NCBI GenBank assembly: GCA_043228905.1
Contig: JBHGNT010000007.1
Location: forward strand, 14,880,001 to 14,944,000
Direction of reading: 5' to 3'
DNA: 64,000 nt
Origin: Azolla caroliniana
Lineage: Eukaryota > Plantae > Polypodiophyta
Positions within the stretch are counted from its first letter, which is position 1; every line of letters starts with the position of its first letter. Shown piece by piece: positions 24,905 to 36,936 of the stretch. Under the pieces are notes generated by a model. The model made no database searches, was not told the DNA's origin, and saw only the letters and a program-made list of their open reading frames with translations. A program made the position numbers and the translations under genes.

Positions 24905-27575
24905 ATGGAACCACAAACGCTGTCGGAAGCGGCCAGGAAATGGTTCAGGCAACACGGACTGGAGGGGTTCTTGGCCATCATGGAGGCACCGCCGCACAGA
25001 GAAGCCGACCGGGTCATCAAGGAGCTCGCCACAGAGGTCATCACCGAGGAAGCGATCCGTGCGCTGACAGGCCTTCCGGAGGGAGGAATCTTTCAGGTCG
25101 ATAAGCCAACCTCGGAGCAACTCATCCGATATTTCGGTGAGTACTCTGTTGCCGGCAAAGGCTATCGGACGCAGGGCGGCGAAGATCCACTATTCAGGGA
25201 GATAGCTCGAGTGCTCCATGAGTACGGTCACGTGTACCCCCGACCCCCTGTCATGCCAAAAAATCGGGCAGGGATGATCATAGCCACCTATGAAGGGATC
25301 AAGGTGGACTGGCCGGTGTTGATTGCAGACGGTTTGTGCACGGCAATCGACATGGTACGAGGAAAGGACGGCAAGGAGGGCCGGAAGCTGTGGCACGCCG
25401 TAGCTCAATGGATAACATTGCTCGTGCCGCCGGTCGAGACCGTCCAGCCAAAGAAGCGGCCAAGAGTATCGGAAGGAAGCACCTCGAAGCCGGCGTCCAA
25501 ACGACAGCAGCTGCTGGCGTCGAAGGCGACGAAAGGGAAGAAACGGGTCCCAGAACCGGAGGAGGTGTCACCGGTCCGACCCGTCAAGATAACCATACGG
25601 AGACCGGGACAGAAGGAACCGGAACCCTTGACGGCACAGAAACATGCCGTGACACAGGAAGAGGAAACGGAGGAGCCAGAAGAGCACCTCCAACGACGGT
25701 CAAGAAGTAGGACTGCCGAGACAGGAGGGGAGCGGTCGTACCCGCGAGAGGCAGAAACGCCCCCAACTCAACCTGAGCAAACCACAAGGGAGGAACCGGA
25801 ACCGGTGCGTAGGGAACCGGTCTTGTCGACTTCTATAGAAGAAGTCATTCCAACGGCTCCGGAGACGGCGAGAACCGGAACTCAACAGCCGGCGAGCCCA
25901 GCCAGAACACACGGCGGCCAAGGAGTAGAACCAGAACGGCATATGCAGGCACTCAGGCCAGACAATTCCACAGTGAATGAGCCGACCCGACCAGTACAGC
26001 AACAAGGCACCAGTAGCATGTGGCTACGGTGGGTAGGCGAGCAAATCGCCGGAGTGGTCGAGTATATAGAGGCGGAAGAGAGAGCGCACCAGGAACGGTT
26101 GCTCGTCACAACCGTAGATCTAGAGACGGCCCGGTCCAGAATCCGGAGCCTTGAACAAGACTTGGACAGGGTCACAAGGGAAATGGCTCAAGTGGCTTTG
26201 ACAACACAAGTCCAAGCACCGGTGACTCCGGGCAATGTACAGAATAAAGCGGTAGATCAACCTGTACATAGCAATCAGACCCCGGCAACGGAAACCGTTC
26301 CGGAGAGAAATGCGGCACAAGCCCAAGAGCTTGCGGATTTAAAGGATGAGCTAGCTGCCCAAGAAGCGCTGAGGAGCCGCGAAAGAGAATTGAAGACGGC
26401 AGCAGAGGCAGAACTCAAAAAGACTGCTGAGAATCTACGCCGGGCCGAGGAGAGCTTACGGAAAGGCCACCAAGCGTACGACCGGCTCAAGGAGGAGAAG
26501 GAGAAAATGCTGCAAGAGAAGGAGAGGCTTCGGAGGAACGCCGAAACAGAAGTAGAGCGCCTGAAAGAGGAACTCCGGCAGGTAAAGGACCGGGAGGACC
26601 GGAACCATCGCCAGATCAACGGCAAGCTCAAACAAAAAACGGAGGAATTTGAGCAATTGCACCGGGAGTATAAACGGTTGCAAACGGAGCACAAGGAACG
26701 GACGGATGAGCTCCGGCAAGCAGTTGATCGGACCGCAACCGCATTCGCCAAGGAACAAGCGGAAAACAGAAGACGGTTGGAAGAGGCGGAGAAGGTTCGG
26801 ACAGAGCTCCTCAGGCAACAGCAGGCGGAAAAAGAAAGAGCGGCGGAGGTACTGCAGAGGCTGCAAACGACATATCAAGGGCAGCTGACGCGCTACAGAG
26901 AGCAGGCGGAGGATACGGCAAATCTCATCAAGCAGTTGAAGGAGGAGCGACAAGTGGTGGAAAGCAGAGCACAAATGGGAGCAAGTCGCATCCAGGATAT
27001 CATGCGGGCTTGGTTGAACCAGACCAAGAGCTTGATTGACAACGGTTCCGTCAAATGGTGGACCAAGTGGGCCACGAACGCGGCGGAACTCCAATTGCTC
27101 CGGGCTGACGTAGCGAACCGGCGGAAGGAGGGAGATGATTGCTATATGCTGAATTCTGAAGATTTCACCGGCATAAGAGATGAGCTGGTCGAAGACTTTC
27201 AAGCCTTGGCAGAGGACCAACTAGAGCAAGTCCGGCAACTTGTAGCTCAGCTGGACGACGACAGGCTGGAGGCGCAGATCCAGTTTGAAAGCTACGAGAG
27301 GTCCCGGATCCGGGGAAGAGAAAGAACGAGAACCAGTTACGGTCAACCTCAGTGATGAGGAACCGTTACTGGAAGGAGACCGGACCGGAAGCAGACAAAC
27401 GGAGCAACCGGAGTCAGCGAAACAAACGGAGCAGCAGCAGCAAGCAGAGCAGCCGGAGCAGCCTCAGTCCCAACCGCAACCACAGCAGCAGCAGCAAGCA
27501 CAGCCGCAACAACCACAACCGGAAGAACAAGTGGAAATTCTTGAACAAAGTATTTTGGACAATTTGGGTGAATAA
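24905..27575 (+). CDS. Extra 3' ORF of D, unknown function (globular N-terminus, long coiled coil, Q-rich tail after a probable frameshift at ~27315)
   Basis: Open 24605-27355 with a likely ATG at 24905; continues in another frame to 27575; E/K/R/Q heptad-like composition. Confidence 0.75.
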
Positions 27576-27619
27576 TGAAGGGTTCGACGTACAAGGTACT
27601 GTCCCACGGGCATGCCATG

Positions 27620-28040
27620 TGTTACCGGCCGGCAAGGAGTACAAAATACGGAGTGAAGGAATTAATTAGATATGGTTGTAAATGAGCATAGTGTGGACGG
27701 ACGGACTGGAAACGGTAGGCCGTTCCAGATCCGGACGGATCCCGAATAGGTGCGAGAGGCACCGTTTTGTACTACGGGCCGGAAACCTATTTAAAGGCCC
27801 GGACCCCATTGTAATGACAGCGGATAATTAATACAGTTTATGATGTTTATACTTCTGTCTTGATTTCCGTTCTGTATTTTACTGTTGTATCTTACGCGTG
27901 TAATTAACCAAAGCAATCTAATCGTGTAACCTACGTAAGTCGGTGTAATCGTTGAATCTTAATCCTATGCCGTAATCACCCTTTGGTGAAGTGTCTCCGT
28001 GACACCTTGTGTTAGGCCTTGTCCGGCTAAGCAAATAACA
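27620..28040 (+). repeat. Right LTR of D
   Basis: Direct repeat of 18329-18749, followed by GACCC. Confidence 0.97.
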
Positions 28041-28608
28041 GACCCAACTTGAGTGGGTGACCCCTTGCGCTGCCTGTAGGCGACTTGGCGACAGGAGGTG
28101 GTCATTCTGGAAGAGGCATGCCCTGCATGAGGGTCTCGTCGCGCGAACGAGCCTGGAAGCTCCCCGACCGGCCCTAGGATGCAGGCTCCCTCTTCCTCTC
28201 CGTGTGGAACTAGCGTCACGTATGTATGTGTGTGTGTGTTTCGGGTAAGCGTAGGGTCTGAGAGTAGGTGCGCACGTGGTCGCCGGTGTAGAGGTGTCGG
28301 TTGTTACCGGGTGTGTATATGTGTGTGTGCGTGTGCGCGTGTGCGGGGACGCAGTTAACCGGGTCGTGTCCCGTACCTCTTTTGGGCCCCTTGTACATAC
28401 AGGCGGAAGGGGCGGCAAGGACAAGGGCGCGCTCTCTCACTTCCCATGCGATTACCGGTCGCATCTGGAGAGTATCCGGGAGCGAACCGGCCGGCAACGC
28501 GGCAAGCTCCGGAGGATACGGGTTCCCTGCAACTCCTCTCCTCTTGGACCATGACCCCGGTGGTCCCGCCTAGATCCGACATGCAAGCGCGGATTACCAC
28601 GACATCTT

Positions 28609-28625
28609 TGGTGAACCCGACGTGA
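28609..28625 (+). promoter_or_regulatory. PBS of E (tRNA-Trp)
   Basis: TGGTGAACCCGACGTGA is complementary to the plant tRNA-Trp 3' end (tRNA sequence recalled, not searched). Confidence 0.85.
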
Positions 28626-28643
28626 AATAAGGCAGCAAAGGAA

Positions 28644-30775
28644 TTGAAGATGAGGGGATCAGAGCTCGTCGAAGCCATGGCGGCAACAGTCGATCGGATA
28701 GTAAGTGCTCATGAGGGCACGGGCGCCTTCGACAGGGCCATTGAAGCAATAGTTGGCACAATAGGCCAGTTCAATGGGAAGGATGCCACGAGTTATTTGG
28801 TGGCCTACCAAGCCGAAATGGTGATGAGGGACCTCTCGAAGGAAAGATGTCTGGTTGGGTTCCCTTGGATGGCGACACCGGGCATCCACGCGGAGGTGCT
28901 TGAGGTGTAGACTGGATGTTGGACCTAGAGAGAATTCGAAGCGCGGCTCCTCGAACGGTACGGACTTGATGACACACTTCGGTTATCGAAGCGAGACTTC
29001 ATGGATTGGGTGGAGACCCCCGGAAAGGGGAGGAATGCGTCGGTGCTCCTCCGGGAGTTTGAGGAATGCTTCGCACGTCTTCTGGCACTCGACAGGACCG
29101 TACTGGACACGAGTCGTCTCCTTTTATTCGTCAAAGATGTGGACATGCAAGATCGGGAGCAAGTGGGTCTCCTGCTAGAGACAGACAATGGGCTGACGGC
29201 CGACTAGGCCATGGTAAAAAGGGTTTGCGGCCGTTTCGACAAATGACGTGATTGGGTCGACAAGGGCTCATCGGGGGCAGGAGCGGTTACGGCAAGAAAG
29301 CTCGAGGGACCCCTGCCGGCACGAAGGGAGGAAACCCGAGATTGGCTTGAGACAGGCTCGACTTCGACCAGCGTGGTCAAGGGTCCGTCCGGGGGAGTAT
29401 CTCTAGAAGAGCTGATGCAGATGGTACGAGACCTCCAGATTGCACAGGCAAGGAGGAACGGCGACGAGCAGCCTCACGACCGAAGGCCTCTGGGTGGGCA
29501 TCGGTGCTTGTGGTGTGACGCGGTCGGTCACGTGTGGAAGGACTGCGTGGACTTCGCAGAAGCGATAAGGGCCAACATGGTGTACCTGTGGAATGGGCGG
29601 GGCCAACCTAGCGAGACCCAGAGAACACTGGAGTTGAATATCGAACGAGGAGGAATGAAAAGGCTGATGGAAGAAGCGGTGGCACGCCATGCGGAGACCA
29701 TCCACTACTCGGCATCGGCAGGAATCCGGGTTGGGAGTGAAAAAGGCTAGAAGACAAAGGACTACGGGTTCTAGCCGTTGGTGCTAGAAGGCCTCGCCAG
29801 CGTGCAATTGAGGAAGGAGGACACGGACCACGCAAAAAGACGGGTCCGGGAGGTCACCGGGTGGAGCGATTCGATCGAGGAAAAGATCGGCTTCGTGGAA
29901 GTCGCGTGCTAGAACTACGAGGTTCTGGTAGAAGACAAGCGTGCGGGAAAGGCCGGAGGGGCCGAACCCTCGCAGCGGTACGAGACCCGATTCGGGCCGA
30001 AGCAGAATGACGCTGGTACTCCTAGCACACCGGATAAAGCAAAGAAAGCACAAGGTCCTTGAAGAACGAATCCTCGACAGCAAGGTGGAGTTGTCGCTGA
30101 GGGAAGTGCTTGGGATCGCCAAGAAAGAATTCCATGACTCCATTGTGGACCTGGTGAAGCGAAAAAGGCTTTCGACGGAGCAAGAGCCGGAGAAGCTGGT
30201 GGAGGTGCGAACGACACACCTAGAAGACATGGCCCTGGAAGACAAGGAAAGCCATTATTCGAAGCTGCACTAGGCAAGACCCACTACGGAGACCCCGGTT
30301 AGGATCAGAGACGTCTAGGAGCCGATGGTGGCGTTGGTAGACCACGGTTCGGAGATCAACTTGATGTCTATGGACTTCTACAAGAAGGTCAAGTGGCCGA
30401 TCTACACGAAGCACGGGTGGAAAATACGAGCGACGACGCGCACCACGGAGGAGCTACACGGGGCCTGCCCAAATGTATGGGTGAAAAACGGATATGTCCA
30501 GATTGACCAACACTTCTTCGTGCAAGAGACATTCTCGCATCCGATGATACTCAGAGAACCGTACATTACAGCAGCATGCATGGAGACGAATGTGTTGGAT
30601 AACAGTTCGGCGTACGCGCGCGTGAAAAGCCAAGATGGGGGACACTCCATCCAATTTCTGACGGTGCAACCGAACCATGAGTGCAACCGAGAGACCCTCG
30701 GCGGTGAAAGATGAGGAGATATTTAGAGAGGGCTATCAAGGCGTGGGGCCGCGATAGTCCAGACACCCCAGAAAC
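28644..30775 (+). pseudogene. E gag/protease remnants
   Basis: FNGKDATSYL; knuckle CLWCDAVGHVWKDC; protease ALVDHGSEINL; many stops. Confidence 0.85.
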
Positions 30776-31516
30776 TGTTAGGAAACAAGTCCCTCCGGAT
30801 GGGAAATGAGAAGAACAGTACTGATGAGCAAACTCGGCCAAGGCCGATAGGCCGAGGCCGAATCCGGATTTGGAGTACCCGGCTACGGAAGACCCGGTGA
30901 GAACCGGATGTGGTGTACCTGGCAAGTGCCGGATGAGGAGTACCCGGCATCGGAAGACCCGGTGAGAACCGGATGAAGAGTACCCCACAAGCGCCGGATG
31001 ATGCCGACCCGGTGAGGAGTGCTCACCGGATGAAGGGACATATTCATAAATATGTCTCTAAGAGTCCATCGGGGCTAAATGTGTAAATAGCCGAAAAGTC
31101 ATATTAGTATAAATATGACTTAGGGAAACTCTTTTATAGTTGTTGTCATTCTTGTTGGCGCAAGAAGAGAGTGCGCTTAACAGTGTATAGAGAGAGAGAG
31201 ACAGAGAGAGGAAGAGGTGTTTGCCTCTGTTGTAACTGCCGCCTGTGGCGAAGATCGTGAGCATGAGGTCGTTGCCTCCGTGAACTCACTGTTGTAATCA
31301 TTGTGATATAGTGATAGTTTGGAGTCTATGGAATTCCGTGGTTTTTCCCTCTCAGGGTTTTCCACGTTAAACATCCTGTGTTGTCTTCTCTCCTTTGTGT
31401 CGTGCTTTCATTCCCCGTTTTCTGTGTTTGATCTTAGACTCGGTTGTGGCCAAGCGGTGTTCATCGGAGCGTGCAGTTCCTGTCAAAGTGGTATCAGAGC
31501 GAAACGACACACAAAA

Positions 31517-33930
31517 TGGACGAATCGTTGGGAGGCATGTTCAAGCTCACCGGCTCCAACTATTGGGTGTGGAAGTTGAAGATGAGGGACATGCTCGTGG
31601 TTAAAGACCTCTGGCTGCCGGTTCAGTTCGAGGACAAGAGACCAGACAAAATCGACGTCGCGATATGGGAGGTAATGCACATGAAGACAACGGCGTACAT
31701 ACAGTGCTTCATCGACATGAGCCTATACAACAACTTCAATGAAGAGAGCAAGGCTCATGAGCTCTGGGAGAAGATCGGCATTATGTTTCAAAACAAAAAT
31801 GTTGTTAATCAGGTTTCGGTATTCCGAAAGCTAGTAAGACTCCGGTACCAAGATGGCTACAGCATGGCGGAGCACATGAATTCTTTCCAGAGGCTGATCC
31901 ACCAGGCAACATCATTGGAAGTACCTCTCGCCGATGAGGTACTAGCGCTACTCCTGCTCAGTTCCCTCCCGGTAAGCTGGGAGACGTTGGTTGTCACCTT
32001 GGGCAACGCCGGGCCGGAAGGGAAACGGTTATCCCTAGCAAGAGTGAAGTCGAGCTTGCTAGATGAGGAGGCGTGTCGGAAAGATAAGGATACAAGCTCT
32101 GACTCCAAAGCGTTCCTTACCGAATCGGAACGCGGAAGACAAAGAAACCGTAGTCCCCAGAACCGGGAAAAGTCGGGGACATGGTCAAAGTCAAGGGGGA
32201 GGCCTACTTGCTTCTATTGCGGCAAGCTGGGACACTTCCAGAAGAACTGTCGGCATTTCCGAAAAGACAAGGAAACCGACGGTACCGATTCGAAGCGGAC
32301 TCCGGACCGAAACGGTAAAGACCGGAGGGGGCCGGACTGGAAGGGAACGACGGCAATCGCGGGAAGTGAAGAAGAGTTGATGCTCATCACCGAGGAGAGT
32401 GAGCTTAACCTTGCCAGTGACGAGATGACCTGGGTGGTCGACTCCGGAGCGTCGTACCAGCTTACCCCGGACCGGAAATGCTTCTCATCCTACTCAGTCG
32501 GTGATCACGGCTGTGTCCGGATGGGGAATGAAGGTACATGCCGAATTATCGGCATAGGAGACGTGTGGTTGGCAACACCAACCGGATGCAAGTTGTTGCT
32601 GAAGGATGTCCAACACGTTCTGGAGGTTCGTCTGAACCTGATATCAGCCGGTCAGCTAGATGATGAAGTCTACACGGGTAGCATCCGGAACGGTGTTATG
32701 AAGTTCAGTAAAGGGAGCCTGATTGTGGCTCGGGCCCGGAAGGTAAACACATTGTACCTGATGAATGCCCGGTTATGTCCGGAGGAAGTGAACGTTGCAT
32801 CCGACACTGCCGGTGAGTTGTGGCACAAGAGATTGTGTCATATGAGTGAGAAGGGGATGACGAGGCTTGCAGACGACAACCTCATTCCAGTGAAGAACGT
32901 GCACTTGGAGAAGTGCATTGATTGTCTGGCCGGTAAGCAAAACCGGACCTCCTTCCGAACAAGGCCACCGATGAGACGTAATGCACCACTAGAGTTGGTG
33001 CATACTGATGTGTGTCAAGTGGACACGAAGTCACATGCAGGATCGCAGTACTTCGTGACGTTCATAGATGACCACAGTCGGAAGCTGTGGGCCACACCGT
33101 TGAAGACGAAGGATCAGGTGCTATCCGTCTTCAAAGAGCTCCACACGAGAGGGGAAAGAGAAACAAGCCGAAAGTTGAAGGCGGTTCGAGCAGATAACGG
33201 AGGTGAATACCAGGGGCAGTTCAAAGAGTATTGTCACTCGAAGGGAATCCGACTCGAATTTACCGTGCCAAAGATGCCGGAACTAAACAGGCTGGCCGAG
33301 AGGATGAACCGGACCATAATGGAGAGGGTCCGGAGTATGCTGGCGCATGCAAAACTACCCAAGAAGTTTTGGGCTGAGGCACTGTCGACGACGACATATG
33401 TGATAAACAGATCACCCTCAGTACCAATGGACGGAGACACGCCACAGAGAGTATGGACCGGTAAGGAAGTATCTTACCGGCATCTGAAGATTTTCGGGTG
33501 TCTTGCGTATGTGCATGTAGCTAAGGACCGGAGAGGAAAACTAGATCCGAGGACCCGGCCATGCATATTCCTCGGTTACGGCGACGATGAGTTTGGCTAC
33601 CGAGTGTGGGACCTGGTCGACAAGAAGGTATTCCGGAGTCGAGATATTATCTTCATGGAGGACAAGACGCTTGCCGACTGGGAGTCGGAGAAGAAGATAA
33701 TGAACTCTGAGTCGACCGGTAAGGATCGATTCTACGATGAGCAGACCCAACCGGCAAGAGACCGGTTAGCACTCGAGGAACCAAGTCGGTTACGGTGGGG
33801 ATACCGAACCGGCAGAAGAAGAAGTAGAGGAAGCTGAAACCGGAACCGGCCAAGACCCCAAATCGGATTCGGATGAAGAGCAAATGGAGGAGCCGGTTAC
33901 CGAAGCCCAAAGACGGAGATATCCGCTCAA
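31517..33930 (+). pseudogene. G gag-PR-INT
   Basis: CFYCGKLGH, WVVDSGAS, LWHKRLCH, HTDVC and RADNGGE; frameshift near 33800. Confidence 0.93.
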
Positions 33931-36900
33931 AGAAAGAAAGAAAGAAAGAAAGATATATTAACGTCTTCTAAGGCCAAATTTGGCCCATGAGACAATTGGT
34001 TTACACCAAAAGAGTATATATCCAGTCATCATAACTAAAATAAAATTAAGTAAAAATAGAACTTAAACTAAAAGAGTTCTAGTAGTGTACAATATGTAGT
34101 ATACTCGAAAGTGATTATACACTAAGCCTAATTTTATTTCCACCCAAGCCTCTCGAAAAGAAGTGGGGGATCAAAGGGTCTTGATGTGGGTTCCAATGTA
34201 GAGAGTGCCCTAGCCATGGCTTCTAGGCGGTGTAGCTCACGTTCCCTTATTTTCAATATTGCTTCCACATCACGTCGAGTTGCTTTGAAACCCGGCACCC
34301 GAGGACGTCTGGTTCTTCTCTGGTTTTCTACCTCATCAATGGAAAGGCCGAGTGGTGCAAGTGTGTCGGCATTCGTTGTCTCCTCATGTTCCTGAAAAAC
34401 TTCATTTGTTACATGTTCGTGATCATTAGCAACATTATTGTCAACATTTTATAACTTATTCTCTCTGTGTTGTTTTAGCTCTAGAATGTATTTGCCTAAT
34501 TTCTTTATATCTAGAGTATCTAATAGTTTGGGGAGGGTGGGAGACGAACCAAGTATGTCTTGGTATTTTGCCCTTATCTCGGCATAGGTTGGACACTTGC
34601 ATGTAAAGTGGTACTCATCCTCTATCTCTATGTGACATAACCTACATATCCTTTCCTCCCTAGGGACTCCACTAGTACGGCCATTCTCAATCTCAAGTTG
34701 GTGAGATGATATTCTAAGTTGTCCAATGGCAACCCTTAGTGCATGTGGTAAGAATACATCTAGATATTTTGGCCGCGTGATAAAACCTAACTCAGAGAAG
34801 TGCATGAAGTGTTTCTTATAGTACAACATTTTAGATGGGAGTGGCTCTAGTGGGGTGATCCATTTACACCGAGTGTAAATTTGCCATATTTCTTGGCGTA
34901 TTACTTTATTGCGGTCCTCATGAGAGATTAAAGTGTTATCACTCGTGTGGTTGTACCTAAGGGGAGGTAGGTTATTAATGTCTAGACCATTCGCAAGAAG
35001 CCAACTCACCATCATGCCATACCATGAGCTAGTATAGCCGGACTCATACAATGATCGAGAGGCCTTAAAGGCTTGATGAGATATTCTATCATGTGGTTGG
35101 CTATGTATCCTGTGAATGAAGACTACAAGTTGAAAAAGTGTCTCTACTAACATTGGGGGTAACGTGAACTCAACCCTAATAATGTCATGTGGTACATTCG
35201 ATTTGCTTCGGAGTTGGCGTGATAGCATCATCACCAATGGTCTCTCTAATTGCGTCCACATGAAAGATGGTAATCCTGGAGCCCAAACCGTTGATGCATA
35301 CATGAGGGAGGGGGTCACTAATGAGTCAAAGAGCCACCCTTTAGTCTATGGCTCTTGAAAGTGTGCTTGGTGGCATTGTCTCTCTAGGAGTGAGAGGGAT
35401 GCATGTCCTCTCGTGAGTCTATCCTTCGCTGCCTGTGTCATCGAAAATTTACCTGAGCGGGCACTAAAAGTGACTCCGAGATAGACGTATGATCCAACCA
35501 CCTCGACTGGGCTATGGGAGATAGTTAGGTGACACTTAGCTCTAACTTGGGCCGATGTGTGGAAGATAAGGACTTTCGTTTCCCCTAGATTCACTACCAA
35601 TCCTCGTTGTACACAAAAATCATCTAAGGCATTATGGTGCCTTTGTAGGTCGTGTTCGGATTCAGAGAGCAAAACTATGTCATCCGCATAGAGCAAGATA
35701 CAAACCTGCGTATCCCCAAGGACCACTCCGGTGCCTCCCTCACGAGCAATAAAATCTGTGATCTCATCAATGTAGATCTCATCAATGTAGATCCCAAAAA
35801 GCGTCGGTGATAGGGGGCAACCTTGTTTTACACCAATAGTGCTAGTGAAACGATTAGATAGGCCACTTGGGCATCGGACACACCCGGACACTTGTTCATA
35901 TAGTGCGTAGATGGTGACAGGAACTCAACGCTCCTTATGCACAAAGTTCGGCCACAACCGAGATTCTTTTCATACACAGAAAACAGGAAACGAAAAACAC
36001 GACTCAAAGGAGAGGAAGGTACACAGGAGGTTTACGTGGAAAACCCAAAGAGGGAAAAACCACGGCAGCCCACAGGCTGCAAACTGTCACTATGTGGGAA
36101 TGTACAACAGTGAGTTCACTGAGGCAACGACCTCGTGCTCACAGATCTTCGCCACAGGCGGCGGTTACAACAGAGGCAACGACCTCTTTCTCTCTCTCTC
36201 TCTCTCTGTACACTATTACGTGCTCTCTCTTCTTCTTGCACCAACAGGGAAAAATGACAACAACAACAGTTACTAAAAGTTTGCCCTAAGTCATATTTAT
36301 ACTAATATGACTTTTCGGCTATTTACAAATGTAGCCTCGATGGGCTCTCAGAAACATATTTACGAATATGTCTCTTCATCCGGTTCTCACCGGGTCTATA
36401 CCATCCGGCTCTCCGTAGCCGGGTACTCCTCATCCGGTTCATACCGGGCCTGCACCATCTGGGTCCTCCTCATACGGTTTCGGCCTCGGCCGAGTTTGTT
36501 CATCGGCACTGTTCTTCTTCCTTCCCATCCGGAGGGACCTGTTTCCCAACAGATGGCCCATACCATATCATCTGGTATCCTCAAGCTTTTAAGTCTATCA
36601 AACAACTGCTCTCTAGGGACTGTGTCAAAGGCTTTGCGGAAGTCCACAAAACAACAATATAATTTCTTCTTGCGAGCCTTAGTTTGGTCAATTAGGCATC
36701 TAAGTGTGAAGATATGATCAATAGTGGAGAAGGCTCGTCTAAAGCCACCTTGTTCAGGTGCACGAAGGTTTAGGGTCTCCATATAGTCGCTAAGCTCTGC
36801 TTCCATTATTGCACCATATAACTTAGCAAGGGTATGGCCTATCATAATGGTCCTATATGTATTTGGGTCCATGGGGTCCCCCCCTTTATGTATGGGGGCC

Positions 36901-36936
36901 ATTGTATTCATAGTCCACTATGATGGAAAACCCTCC
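33931..36936 (-). mobile_element. Element H: 5'-truncated LINE (RTE-X-like) with RT, CCHC C-terminus, 3' UTR and (CTTT)n tail
   Basis: PIHKGG..YRTI, VDFRKAFD, GVKQGCPLSP, LYADD and RICRLC..EDEYHF..CP; AAAG repeats 33928-33953 at the 3' end. Confidence 0.92.
35915..36551 (-). mobile_element. Solo LTR related to the G family, inserted in the RT of LINE H
   Basis: TGTTGGGAAACAGGTCCC...GTTCCTGTCA on the minus strand; perfect TSD GATGG. Confidence 0.93.

Larger units (their letters stand above)
18329..28040 (+). mobile_element. Element D: full-length, very young non-chromovirus Ty3/gypsy with an extra 3' ORF
   Basis: 421-bp LTRs 18329-18749 and 27620-28040 (one visible mismatch); perfect TSD GACCC; order gag-PR-RT-RH-INT-ORF. 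Confidence 0.97.

Noticed and set aside
18750-27452. The 27-nt repeat as a TSD of gag-pol inserted into a TRIM
   Set aside because: The right copy lies within a continuous coding-like Q-rich frame, and there is no poly(A) or other insertion hallmark.
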